Source of the DNA: Tubulanus polymorphus
Lineage: Eukaryota > Animalia > Nemertea
Length of the DNA stretch: 64,000 nt
Direction: 5' to 3'
Assembly: GCF_964204645.1 (NCBI RefSeq)
Contig: NW_027437445.1
Span: 1-64,000, forward strand
The notes below the pieces were generated by a model. That model ran no database searches. It had not been told where the DNA came from and saw nothing but the letters and a program-made list of their open reading frames with translations. Of the stretch, positions 26,522-39,472 are shown piece by piece. Numbering within the stretch: the stretch's first letter is position 1; each line of letters opens with the position of its first letter. Both the position numbers and the translations under genes were made by a program.

Positions 26522-28449
26522 ATTGAGATCCATATTTCTCACACAAGATACGTTGAGAACGGTTGAATTCCTTACTCCGGTGAGTAAGGTGTGGCTCGGT
26601 ATGGGCCCTGATAAGAGATACCCTATACGTGATGAAACGGCAGTCGGGCCGTAGCCCTTCACGGTATTATCGCCGACTATAGACCAGTAGTAATCGGCGC
26701 CAATTAATACATCGATATCAAAGTCGCCGGTTATTGATGATGGCTGTTCCGCTAGAGTTAGGTTAGGTTTCGCTGATGCGGAAGATCCAAAACTTTATTG
26801 TTTACAAGATTGCTGATTGGCGTGGAGATGGTCGGTATCACGAGGGCTTCAATTAGTATCGGTGAACCCTCTGATGACGCGATGTTAAAGTTCGTTCTTT
26901 GAAGTAATCGCCGACCGGCCAGTTGTTCTCCGAACGTCGCCAGATTGATTTCCTCTAGGCCCAGATGTGGGAGATTTAAGCTGACAGAAATTCGCGTCGT
27001 GATAAACGATCTATGGCTGCCTTCGTCCAGTAAAATGTTTATCTTACGACCATTCGAGCGGTTATTAGCGGAAGTTGATGGCGAAAAAATCTCCGCCACA
27101 GCTGTTTTAAGAAGTATGGGCCCATCTGGTCGTGGTTGTTGGGCGCCGGCATACGTTTGATGAACAGTTTTTATATCGTGAGAATCGCTTCTGCTTCCGT
27201 TTTGTGGTCGATTTTTCGTAGAAATCTCGCGCGTTTCTGTAAGGGAGGAACCACATAGTAACGTGTGATGTTTCCCTCTGCACTTTTTACATGTGTTCTT
27301 GGATTTACAGTCCCGAGAACGATGAGTGCCCATGCAATTAAAACAAAGTTTATCACGTTTAACGATATCCAGGCGTTTCTCTGGTTCGGTTACAAGAACA
27401 CAATCTGACGCGAAATGTGTCCCTTTACAAAATGTACATTTTAATGGTTTTCTCTTGATCGCATTGCCCACGTGGAACGCCGACGTGGTAACCAGGTGAG
27501 CAGTTTCTGGGTACACTGAAACTCCTGCCTGGAACGCTGTTATCTCTCTCGAAAGGGCATCTCGTAACGACTGGAGATTCCAATTCGCGCCGTTATTATC
27601 CCTCGTTATCCGTCGTCGTATCATCCCAGGCAGTTTATCTAAGATAATCGGAGTCAACAAATCTCCGTAGCTATCTTCGTTTTTTCCGAGTGCACTTAGT
27701 CCTCGGATATATGTTTCCAGTTTGTCCGAAAATTCCATCAGACTCTGCATGTCTTCTGTCGGTCGCGTAAGTTCCCATAACGCTCGCATATATGCACTGA
27801 TAATGATTTGCGGTTGCCCATACCTTTTTATCAGGACTTGAAGTGCGTTCGCATAATTCGACGCGGTGAGGGCCAGACCCTCGATCGTTCTGTAAGCTTC
27901 GCCGTTAAGTTGTGCGCGTAAGTATTGGAACTTAACGACGTCGTCGAGATTCGGGTCGTCGTTGACCGCTGAATTGAATCCGTCTATGAATTCCTGCCAT
28001 TTGAGTAAATCGCCGTCGAATTTTGCGAGCGTAAGTTTAGGTAGATTTACCTTGTTCGGGCGAAATGGCGTCGCAGAAGCACCGGAATTGTTCATCGAAG
28101 AATTATGAGGTTGTGTTGTGTTCGTCGCCTTTTCTACAAATCGGATTATTAGGTCGCGTTTTTCGATGACGCTAGATCTGAAGTCCTCTGCTTCTTGAAT
28201 CGTGTCCGAAAGATGCGTTAAGGGAGTTAGGTCCTCGATCGTCGAGTCTAGCTTCTCTAGTCGACTTAACTTTTCTGTGATCTGCTCGATGTAAATATTT
28301 AGTAAATCTACATCGTCTTCGGTCGTTCGAAAATCTTCGACGATTGTTGACGATTTCACGACGAGATCATCAACTTTCTGCCTGATTGCAGTTCGTGTGA
28401 TTGTCGACCGGTTCAGTTGAGTATCCTCCATTCGGCTGATCCTGGTCAC
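26522..28449 (-). pseudogene. BEL gag and aspartic protease
   Basis: LPKLTLAKFDGD, KFQYL, three Cys/His knuckles, LLDEGSHRSFI; a 5-bp duplication shifts the frame at ~26760, then IDVLIGADYYW. Confidence 0.93.
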
Positions 28450-28456
28450 GGCACCA
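28439..28456 (-). promoter_or_regulatory. Primer-binding site, tRNA-His type
   Basis: TGGTGCCGTGACCAGGAT directly inside the 5' LTR. Confidence 0.75.
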
Positions 28457-28457
28457 A

Positions 28458-28699
28458 TGTGGCGTTGCGAGTCACAAAGAAGACCAGGTTCGGAGATAAA
28501 AGAAGAGAAAGACTAAAAACACGACGGGTTCAGTCTACAGATCATAAGATACTCGTTTATTTCGGTCACACACAGGCTAACCACCTTTCCCGACTGCACA
28601 TGCGCATGCTAATATATATGATGATTCGCTACATAGGCTAAGGGGGAGTGAACACTTTATGGTAACTGACATATTTACATAAACATCCTGTTCTCGACA
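28458..28699 (-). repeat. 5' LTR of BEL element
   Basis: Direct repeat of 15995-16238, followed by TSD TGATT. Confidence 0.95.
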
Positions 28700-28985
28700 T
28701 GATTTCCCCTTTGATTATTTGTTATTTGTTCTCTCATCAATTTCGTCTCTGACTTAACTTGTATTCACCTTTGTTTTAATTTAAGTGCCCCCTTGTTTGT
28801 CTTTCTTTTTACTACTGACTTTAAGTTTCATTTATAATTATACTCACTATTGTTGTTTATAATCACCCCTTAGTTTGCTTCCCTTTAATCTATTTTAGCG
28901 TGTAACTGTTTCTACGTTAATTTTCCTTTAGTTTGTATCATCTCTCTGGATTGTATATATATCTCATAATTTCTGTAGTATCTCA

Positions 28986-29032
28986 TTATTCCTGAAGATG
29001 ACTATTAGGATATAGTCGAAACGTTGAAATAA
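28986..29032 (+). ncRNA. Minimal hammerhead ribozyme in Penelope pLTR
   Basis: TTATTCCTGAAGATGACTATTAGGATATAGTCGAAACGTTGAAATAA. Confidence 0.75.
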
Positions 29033-29985
29033 ACTACTATCTCGAAGTTTCATTTTCGGACTTTTTATTATCATTGTGGGATTCTCTCCTCAAATACAGT
29101 AGTTTCTCAAGAAAGTCAAATGCCGCCCGCGTCATCAAAAAGTACCTAATAAAAAGTAAAATGCGCTCGCCCGCATCGACAAAGCATAATCGTCACTTTT
29201 TTATGAAAATTAAAACCCGCTCGCCCGCATAGCTGTATAATGTATGACAGAGATTTTTTTCTGCGGCCGTTTATATGCTCATCCTCCACGTACTGGTAAT
29301 TCACATTTTACGGTGACAACAACAGCGGCAAGTTCGTTTCTTCTTACGTCATTTCGAGGAAGCGAAAATGATTGTCTTAGCTTCGATTAATTGTGACGAT
29401 ATAGTTTGATTTTATAGGTAAGGGAGCTTCTTAATTCTAAATACAGTTTTTTTGCATATGTTCTACATGTACTTGCACTGCTGGTTTGTTTGGCATTGGT
29501 AAAAAAAGCTTCCCTCCCGCGTCTCTTGTATAAGTCTCAAGTTGAGCTTTTTATTTTAACTTTTTTATTTAAAAAAAGCAATAAAAATAAAATTCGCCCG
29601 CCCTCGTCACTTTCCAGAAAAAAAATCTGATGAGAAACTAGGGTATTTCTTTGTGTGGCCTAAACGACTTTCCAGGCCTCAATGAGCCCAATAAAAAAAT
29701 AGAAAACAATTAGAATATATAACATTTACAACAGAAATTTATTCATCCTCAATAATTAATTCAACCTCATCACACACATGAAATGAAACAAACAGGAGTG
29801 CTCATCTGTTTACTAATTCATATTTTATAATATCTATAAAATAAGGTCATATACCTGTTGTTTTTTCCATGACGCTTATTTTGTACAGCAATTGAAATAT
29901 CCTACCATAATCCTGCTGCCTTACTTGGTCACAGCAAACACGGACCTTTGACTAAATAACTTTGATAGCCTACTTTCTGACTTCC

Positions 29986-30027
<42 letters not shown>

Positions 30028-30056
30028 CAATAACAACAATAACAACAATAACAACG

Positions 30057-30095
<39 letters not shown>

Positions 30096-30177
30096 ATAAT
30101 AAACAATAATAAACAATAATAAACAATAATAAACAATAATAAACAATAATAAATAATAATAAATAATAGTAATAATA

Positions 30178-30209
<32 letters not shown>

Positions 30210-30282
30210 TAACAATAATAAATAATAATAAATAATAATAAATAATAATAAATAATAATAATAAATAATAATAATAATAAAT
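29986..30282. repeat. Compound (AAT)/(AAC)/(AAACAATAAT) microsatellite
   Basis: Directly visible low-complexity tract. Confidence 0.95.
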
Positions 30283-33200
30283 GTATTTTCTATTCCTTAG
30301 CTCGGATAATTTGCAGGTACCAATTTGTCTGAGCAAGGCAAAGTTTTCTGTAATAATGTATACTGTTATGTATGAATACAAATTTACATTCTATCAATTT
30401 ATAGACAGCCTTACATAATTTTGTAAATAGGTTACCGGTACAAGAGATTTATTCATACTGTGCTTTGCATATAGGGCATTGGAATTCCCCACTTGGTATT
30501 CTCTTACTGATGCCTACACAGAGAAAATGGCACCAACGTCCACACACATCACATTTGATCCACTGTTACTTTCTACTAGGTGTGCTGGTTCTGCACCCAA
30601 TCATGTCACACACTGTTCGTTCAGCATGAGGCACCTTCTTTGCTGTCCACAGCTTTGCTCTGACGTATTTCCTCATCTTTATTGCCATCTCTTGAGATAA
30701 AATTTGTTGCAAGATGCCCTTTGTTAAAGCCAAAGCATTCTACAAAATATATCACGAGAAAAATAATTGAGATACAGGTAACTGGTAAATTTTTCGTCCA
30801 AAGCCTAGAACTATAATTCCTCTTACCAGCATAGCAAATGGGCCAAAGCTGCTGCCATCATGCTGCCTTGCAGATCTTATGTTCCCCACTATCCAATCTT
30901 CATCCAAATCACCAGTTGCGCCACTTCTAATTCTCATGAATTTTCTAGTATAAACAAATAAAAAATGAATATATATTTGTATAGTTTGGTGACAATAAAT
31001 TCTATTGTCTACTATCAAACAGCACCAACAGGTGAATGATTTCAAATGAATGCACATACCTCCACTTATCTATAAGGGTAAAATTCTGCTTTGATGACAA
31101 TGGATCCAAAACAGATACAGTTTTTTCAGAAACATTAGCTGCTAATAGTACCCAATGACTGTCACGAACATTTATTAGAACAAATATCCAATCATACACC
31201 GACATCTTAATCTGAAATTGTGACATCGAAATACAGGATCACGAATACATTTTATAAAGCATTCCTAGTGAACTCAATGATGAAAATCAATGGTAATAAG
31301 CTTATCATTTGTGATTACATACAAGTTGATATATTATACGATTCACCACAGTCTTTTATTAAACTTTTTTTTCTCATTAGAAATTACCTTCTTATAATGC
31401 CACATATTTGGACGATTCCATAAAACTGCAAGATATGATGTAAGCACCAATATGTGATGATTATCTTCTTTATTTCTTTCCTCCACAAGCAGACTGAGAT
31501 AACTATTGATAATCTGAAATGAAAGATTGGACTAAGACTTATATAAATCATCAATAATCTACCGGTACTTGAATCCCAATACACTAAGTCCTAAAGCGAG
31601 TACCTTATCATTAAGCCAGTTGTTGCCTTCAAGTGAATTGAAGTCAATCTTTTCCAAAACTTCATCGCAGACGAAAACACGACTGTCATCTTTTGTTATT
31701 TTCATGTCAGGGATACATTCAATTTCGGAATTTAGTTCAGCAAGACTGTTTTCACCTGAAAAAAATTTAAAACACCAAAGAAACAGATAAAAGATTTTTT
31801 GAAATGCTTCGAGTAGGATATGGATAATTTACTGATAAATACATAGTAAATAATAAGATAATACCTTTGAAACATTTGGCACTGGCACTGGCTCTTGCTT
31901 TTGTAATCTTGCGTTTGTTCTGTTACCGGTAATTGTGCTGTAAGAGGATGTTATCTGAATCAAATATGTTTATGATTAGCAAATCCAAGAAAATTCATTG
32001 TAATGTAATGATCTTACCACGACGATGTTTCCTTTTCAGTGACATTTTTATACCAGTACCATTTTCTCCCCCTTTAAAACATATAATATGAAGTCTTTTT
32101 CAACTTTAAAGCAGAATTCAAAAAAGGTTTCACTTAATTAAGTCTTACTTTGTCTTGATCCAACGTTTGAATAAGTATATATTTAGATTCATCTATGGAA
32201 TGCAATCTGAAACTTTGGTCATTTGTTCGGTCATCACGTTTCTCAACTATTTATAAAATGAATACAAATTTATATGATTTAAGACATATTAAGTGTACCG
32301 GTAGTTTGGAAATATGTTTAATCTGTGTTTTCACTCAATGTGAATCATGGACCATCATTAAGAATTATTATTACGATATTATATACATATATATTTACCT
32401 GAAGAACTATCTGTGCAACAAATACAGAATTCATTGCCAGACTCATTCACAGCTTTACATTTTTTGCATACTGGTACTATCCTAAGAGATACATAAACAA
32501 GTTAAAGGAATTAAATACATGATCCAGTTAAAATGTTTCAAGTGAGAATCATTACATACCTTTGAATATCTTTGGTCTGTGCCATTTCATCTACTGACAT
32601 TTTGGTTCTGTAATTTCGTTTGTATATTGCAGCTTTACTACCATGTCTGTTGGAGTAAGGATGTCTTTTTCTGGTATCTAACGGAATATTCTGTAGACGT
32701 TTAACTGCTTTGTGCTTGATTCTTTTGGCTGCAAGTCGCAAGGCTGATATGTCGATGCCATTCTCTTTCTTAGTGTCCAATTCTAACTCTTCTTTACATC
32801 CCTTCAACGTCAGTTCACATCGATCTAGTGCCTCGCTATCAGTAACGTCATACAACAAATTCTTGATCGATGCCAGTAAATCACGACAGCGAACGATTTG
32901 GGACCTTTTTGGATATTTCTTCATTGGAATATTAGCGTATTCTACGTCAGTTGGATGGTCATCCTGAACATCTGCCAGTATATCCAACGTCTCGTCTTGA
33001 AATGGTTGTTGATCCACTGACCGAAAACAAACTTCCATGTCAACGCTGATGAATGGAGAGTCTCGGTATAATTAATGCTGGCAAGTCGTCGAACGATTTT
33101 CGATTGCGAAATATATATATATAAGATGCTTACAAGGCAGGTATTTGTGCTGCCAGTCATAACAACCACAACTTGGATAACCTTTCTGATTGCAGAAGGA

Positions 33201-33819
33201 AATTTCATACGAGTTTTCATTGTCAATTTTGAACTGAAATTTTCCTTTTTCGATGTCTATTACTTCAAAGTGGCTGGCACTGTGAAGCTCTGCAGACGGT
33301 ATTCTCTTCATACAGTGATCAACATTGTCCGATGGTCGATTATGTAAAAATTTCGGTAACGCTGCATTTATCCTCTTGTATCCAGTTGCTGAACATTTGG
33401 TATTCGCATCAATATATCTAAAACACGATTATGTCTACGAGTATTTTTAATAGATCTCCATTCAACAAATAAAATAACATGAATATTTACTTCTCTAACT
33501 GATCCGGTAGGTACTCTTCGATCAAAATTTTTACAAGACTGCTCAGGGAATGCTTCCGCAGGTTATGCAGGTACTGATGTTTAAAAACGCCGTTCTGTCG
33601 TTCAAGTCCGTTATTAGTTGTGATGTTTACTAGCAACCTTTCTTGGCGAAAGGCCCATGCCCATTTCTAAAAAGGAATGCAAATTTAAGTAGAATTCTTG
33701 TAACATTTCTACATGGTCATGAAGGATTTTTTAATGAAATACAATATTGAAATATGAAAAATTGTAGATCAACTTCATTACAACTGTTTTGACTGGTTCA
33801 CAAATGAAAAAACAATTTA

Positions 33820-34161
33820 GGCTAAAAAAATGATACCTTGTTTCTCCGCAGCGGCCGGGTCGGAAAAAAATCATGCTGAAAATTTGTAAAAATAAAATCC
33901 TGGCGGCCGGGTCCCTTCGAAAAGCAGGTAGGAATTTAATTTAAAAATAAAATCCGGCCTGCAGGGTGAACATAAAACTTAATTTGAGCTGATATTTATT
34001 ATTTATTGTACATGAATGGGTGTACATGAATGGGGAGAAATTCATCGGAGCGACACACGGACCAATCCACAGAATCCTCGCTCGGTTAAGAAGAAAAGAC
34101 TTAAAGCGGGGGGGGGGCGATTTTAGAAGAAGGTGGAGAAACAAGGTATCTTTTTTTAGCC
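33820..34161. mobile_element. Tourist/Harbinger-like MITE in a transposase intron
   Basis: TIR GGCTAAAAAAA(T)GATACCTTGTTTCTCC; TTA on both sides. Confidence 0.8.
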
Positions 34162-36684
34162 TTACACACAATACACATAGGTTTATAATCATATACATTG
34201 TGCAACCCTTCAGAATGAAATTTGATACCGGTATCACATTTCATATCACATCACATTTCACTCTGTCACCAGTGCACAAAAGAATATAAGATATAAGAAG
34301 ACAGTAAAAGTTAAGAGTGCAGTTGCAGAAATTAATTATTAAACGTAGACAGACAATATACAAATCTACCATTCTATAACCAATAAGGCAGGAAGAAGCA
34401 CAACATATATTTTATGAAGCATTTTTGCATGCCTGTACATTGAGATCAAAGTTACTGTGAGTATACCGGACTTTGACTGTATAAATAGGACATATTTTAT
34501 GGAGTGTGGTGTGATACTTACTAATCAACAGCAGCCTATATATGAATCAAAATAGGTCATTAGCATATTTTTAAAGAAGGATTTCTTGAGCAAATCAAAA
34601 ACCCAAAAATCACAAATCGCTCATCAATAAAAGCTTCTTGGCTTACCTCTTTTACATTTAACCAAGTATTGGAGAACCACTTTTGCATTTTAGGATTGTT
34701 TTTCCAATCACTACTATTCTTTAATTCAACCACAGCTTTCTGAAAGTCTGCTTCAGATTTTGACCTAGCACATCGTCTCATTCCGGATAAAACCTTAAAT
34801 ATTGAAATGAGAATCTACTCGGTATGTGGTCCATTTTACAGCATGTACAGTTAACATGATGGGAAAAGTACCTTGTCTCTATTAGAAACACAGTTCTCTT
34901 TTTTGATGGTCCATCGTTCCCAGCATTGCTCGCGATGAAAATCACAGATCAAAACTTTTGAATCTGAAATGATATTTGGATCCTCATATTAGACAGTCTG
35001 ATTGTTGTTCCTTTGTATGACTTGAATAACCTTAATCTTTTTTTAAAATTTGCTACGCTGACTTTGCTCTAAAAATCCAAATGTGACTCTTACCTGTAAA
35101 TATTGAAGTAATGGCTGTTATTTCTTCCGTACACATGTCTGTCATTGCATACCTTGGCGCCCATTGGGGATTCCAATTTCGAATTACCGATAGAGCCTCA
35201 GCTATACTTGAAGAAGTTTCATCTTGTACCACAAACGAAGCAACAACCGAATAGCCAACATTTGATTTGACAGCCAAAAAGAAGAGCGGTAATGCGTAAC
35301 AAGTGGTCTTGTATGTAGCGTCTAAAAACACCATTTTATTACCATATAGAGATAACAGCCTCTTCTGCCATGCTGTTTGATGAACAAATAGAAGGCGTGT
35401 ACTGGTAGTGATATTTTTATTGACACCTCTGAATAAGCTATCTTCCTCACCATCTTCGTCATTATCACTATCATCATCTTCGTTTTCATCCTCATTGATA
35501 ACATCCATCGAATCATTTCTTTCAGCCAGTGTAAGGGCTCTGAAAAACACCGAGTGCTCCTTACCCAGCTCATTTAGCAAACACTGTACATTTTCCTGGT
35601 CTATAAGTGAAAGCCGTTGTTTCATCGTTGCAGAGTACATATGATCTTTGATCGTTCGCCGGTTTGGAAAATATCTTCTGTTACTCCTTGATGGTAAAGT
35701 TTTCCCACGAAACAACTCATCTTTCAGGTACGATTTCAAATGACGCTTCATTTCATTAACGGATCGTACACCATCTGCTACCATTTTATCGATTCGAATG
35801 ATAAGCCTCTCATTCAAGCGCTGCAAGATTCCGCCATGCTGGAATTAAGAATAGAAAATTAGGCGGGTAAGTGATAAAACTTCTGTCAAAACGCTAAAAA
35901 GATTTTTCTTACAATTCCAGTAGTATGCGTTGTGTGATCTTCATTGCACGGAAATTTTACATAGATACGATGCTCTTTTGTAGAATTTGACGAGTTTCGT
36001 ATTAAGCTTGACATTCGTTCTCTTCGTTTCCTAGTATTTTCTTCTATCTGAAATTGATAAGATGAAAAAACTATGATATAAAAAAGCCACTGAAAAATCA
36101 ACTGTTCTCAAGTATATTTGCACTATATACCTGATAAGCTGGAAACTGTACGATTTCTTTCATAATGATTTTAGCGGGACAATTGGTTTTCTTCGTGTCG
36201 AATTTCAGAAATCGTCTTTTTGCAATAAAGTGATCAGATTCCTAAATGCAAGGTGATTAAATCATAACAAAGCATTTCTCTTAATTCAAGAAAAATAAAT
36301 ATGCAAGTCAACATACCTGGTATTTAGAAGCATGTTTCTTTTTTTGTGATGTATTTCTATCAATTCCATGCTGACACTCTAAAATCTTTGTACCAATTAT
36401 CATGAATGGGATACCGTTATATGGAATGATATCGTCACACTGCCACCTTATCCTCCGGCTTAGTTCTAAAAAAATCAAAGTGAGCAAAAAATACTACTAC
36501 ATGGGACTTTTAGGCCTACATATAAGTTGGCCATAGTCACCGGTCAGTGAAACAGAAGGCCGAAACAGAAAGGCAAGAAGCGTACTCCCTCTAGTAGACC
36601 CAGACACGCAAAGAAAGGTCGTGGCTAGGGACTAACTTTAATCCATAGCTTAACCCATCAAAAAATGAAAATTAATTGAGTTAA

Positions 36685-36845
36685 AGTCTTTTTATTTTCG
36701 ATTGACCTCGATCTTTTTGGGATATTTCTCTTAATTTTTTGAACACAAACCTCACTGGTCCTAATGAGACCAAATTAAAGTATGTGTTCAAAAGATTAAG
36801 AGAAATATCCCAAAAAGATCGAGGTCAATCGAAAATAAATAGACT
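36685..36845. mobile_element. Palindromic MITE with TTAA TSD (Kolobok-like AG...CT ends)
   Basis: ~60-bp inverted arms; TTAA at 36681-36684 and 36846-36849. Confidence 0.7.
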
Positions 36846-39472
36846 TTAAGTTAACCCCATTCAGATTAAAAGTTAATACCAGCCCATAAATCTGATAATA
36901 CTGGGCCCAGGATGATAAACACCGAATTAAGCCTAAGGGGAAAAAATTTGATGCATTGTTTCTCAATTCTGCGGAGTTTTAGAGTTGACCCAGCCGACCC
37001 TCTAGCTCTTTAGTACACGCATCATACGGAGCGCCGCGAACCGGCCATTCTTCTCTGTCTGTTTCAGAGAGGAGACGGGTGAACTTGTTTTTACAATACA
37101 CTAAGACATACCGAATTCATCAGTATTTCGTTTACCGAAATCTTTGTCCACACTAAAAACTGTGAACTTCGTGGTAAAATCTTCTTCGTGCGTTTTAATA
37201 GCTAGATTGGCTTCTTCTATGGTATTAAAAGCTTTGACGGCTGATTTCACAGCTCCAACGACGGTTGAGGGATCCGCCATTTTACGTATTACGTGACGTC
37301 ATCGGAAAATGCTCATTATGCAGAAGGTGGTCTCACTCTATCTGAAATATCCTCGACCTCATGATCGACTTGATCGATTGCGGATTGCGTGGATTGTTAG
37401 ATGTGTTTTTTGCCATAGTTTTATGTGCATATACCGGTACGATCTAACAATGAAGTTATCATTTCATTTGAATAAATTCTTAATTATAGTAATATTTATT
37501 CACAATATTTTTTCTTATGTTTGGTGATTTCTTGCAACTTATCATTGCCAAGTCTCATACAAGTAGTAGCTGAATAAAAGTACAGTTAGGCTGAACCTGA
37601 TAACCCAAATTAAGTGCTAGCATGGAACTAATGATTATTTTGATTCTATTTTCGGTGTCATTGAAATTCGTTAATAAAGGTTCAACTGTCATAGTATACT
37701 GTACTTAGCATTGCTACGATTGGGTGCCATATTTCAACAATTTCTACCAGGAGGAAGGAGTCTTTAAGTGTCTTTGTTCCCCGGTAGGGTATGGGGTAAA
37801 ACCTGGTTTACTTTCTCTTTCGACTTGCCGGAGACTATTATCTGCAATGTATTGCATGCTTTGATTTGTCTGGCCTATAGGAGTCGAACGATATTTTCCC
37901 ATACACAAGCTTGGCTTTAGTACTAGATGAAGGCTAGGCACTGCACATTGTGGATTGACTGGAACTCTTAACTCACAAAATTAAACGAGTCAACAAGAAA
38001 GATCCAATAATTGGACGTTTGTCTAACTATATTATTTAACAGCTTGAAATAATACGTAACACATTCTTTAAGAGTACACAAAGGAAATCAGTTCTTACAT
38101 TACATCAGAATCAATAGTTCGCTTAACTCTGGCTAGAATTCTGGTTCCATTCCTTCATATTTTAATGAAATCCACTAGCATACCTTAGAATATCGCTTAG
38201 CTTAAGACTAAAGATTTGGTACCAGGAAACAGGGAAGAAAATTGGGTGTACTGTACATCCGCAATTGACTTATTTCTCTCTGGTTGAATCAAGTTATTAT
38301 TGAAATAGCATTCGAATAGCCATTTTATTTTTAAAAATTGTGTCGTTCAGCTATCCTTCTGCAAATTTCGCAGTTGAAGTTTACTGGTGCCAGCTGATTT
38401 CTCAGTATCTCAAAAAATTTGCACATTCTAAGCCTGAATCTAAAAATAGAAAAAGGTGCATTTTAGTAGGATATAAAAGAATAGTGGCTAATACACCCTG
38501 GACTATATAGCCAATGGGGTGGGCCTAGTTTGAAAGCACTGAGGTCCGAGGGAACAGCACTTAGTAAATAAATACTGAAATTAAACTTACAAAACACCCA
38601 GTACTTTAGATGATGTACTTGACAAGAAGTGTCTCCAGCTAAGCAAATCAACTTTGTCTATGACTCCTCCTTTTATAGATTCAGAAGTAGTCTAAAAATA
38701 TGAATCGGTACATTTTTCTAACAGTTGGTATGTCATTTCTTAAAAAAAACTAATTATTATCACGCCACAGCAAATAAATTATTCACAGTTGTTGAATGGT
38801 TTGCCCGATTTAGATTAATTGGTTGACGCTAATCAGTATGACCCATACGTAGGGCCCACTGCATGCCATTGGCGTCAATCCATTCCATTCCACAGTGAAT
38901 TAAGAAGAAATTTAGTTAGATCCCTTTTGTCCAAAAGCTGCATCATTTATATAACTAGCTGTCAAATTTAATTTACCTCCTTTAGAGAATACCACAGTGA
39001 CATAGTCCGTCGCCCATCAACGTGTTGACAAAAGAAAAGTTGCTCCATGTTTTATACATGAACGTTCAAATAAGATATTTTGCGACTTGCAGGGAATATT
39101 GAGCATAGTGTTTAAGTTGGCTTGCACGGTTTGTGAATGGGTTTTCCTCATTATGCTGCCTGTATGCATTAAAAATCCGGATTTCAAGCGAATTAAGTTG
39201 TCCAACAAGTGGCCCTCTAGAAGTATACTCCACACATAATGTCCATGCATGTCTCTGTAACCGAAGGTAGAGACTAAAACACGGTTCAGGACTCGGCAGC
39301 GGACACCGGCCCGGAAAATATTTCAAAACGTGTATTGTTGGTACCTAGCACGATTTCAGCGTTTTTCGGGAATTCCCTGAAATTTCGGCGTTTTTCGGAA
39401 ATTCCCTGAAATTTCAGCGTTTTTATTTCAGCGTTTCAGTGATTCAGCTTTTTCAGCGAAGTTCAGGAACCG

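Larger units (their letters stand above)
15995..28699 (-). mobile_element. BEL/Pao LTR retrotransposon, full length, with two nested insertions
   Basis: TG...CA LTRs at 15995-16238 and 28458-28699; 5-bp TSD TGATT; gag-PR-RT-RH-IN order. Confidence 0.96.
13783..29091. mobile_element. Penelope-like retroelement: two partial copies in inverted orientation
   Basis: Minus copy 15310-13783 (RT, GIY-YIG, pLTR); plus copy 15310-15994 and 28700-29091; near-perfect TSD AAATAC(C/A)GTAG at 13771-13781 and 29092-29102. Confidence 0.88.
13759..29660. mobile_element. PIF/Harbinger-like MITE (~0.6 kb of its own sequence) split by the Penelope insertion
   Basis: TIR GGCCACACAAAGAAATACC.TAGTTTCTCA at both ends, the left one interrupted after 13782; flanks TAT/TAA (imperfect TWA TSD). 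Confidence 0.7.
30440..37280 (-). pseudogene. Multi-exon MULE transposase: CaRF/ALS2CR8-like N-terminus, DDE core, SWIM finger, Ulp1-like peptidase, PHD finger
   Basis: ATG at 37280 next to the TIR; GT-AG exons encode PFMIIGTKILECQHG, KKTNCPAKI, FLDATYKTTCYALPLFFL, TDMCTEE, CDFHREQCW, TTNNGLERQN, CGCYDWQHKYLPCKH, SHWVLL, QHDGSSFG, WIKCDVCGRWCHFLC...CPIC; 3' end approximate. Confidence 0.85.
13541..37358 (-). mobile_element. Inner Mutator-like element (MULE) carrying a spliced transposase gene
   Basis: ~77-bp TIRs GGTCGAGGATATTTCAG...ACGTAA; perfect 9-bp TSD TCATGATCG at 13532-13540 and 37359-37367. Confidence 0.92.
13301..39472. mobile_element. Outer MULE/Foldback-like DNA transposon (about 2.3 kb of its own sequence, no recognisable transposase)
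   Basis: ~220-bp TIRs (13301-13517 and 39249-39472, starting CGGTTCCTGAACTTCGCTG); perfect 9-bp TSD ATTTTGATC at 13292-13300 and 39473-39481. Confidence 0.9.

Noticed and set aside
26755-26770. TTAGG telomeric repeat or programmed gag-pol frameshift
   Set aside because: Only a 5-bp duplication that breaks the normally single BEL ORF
29921-30381. Poly-Leu/Ile/Val ORFs resembling membrane proteins
   Set aside because: Microsatellite translation
37368-39248. Coding capacity inside the outer TIR element
   Set aside because: Only short ORFs without recognisable motifs; a transposase cannot be supported
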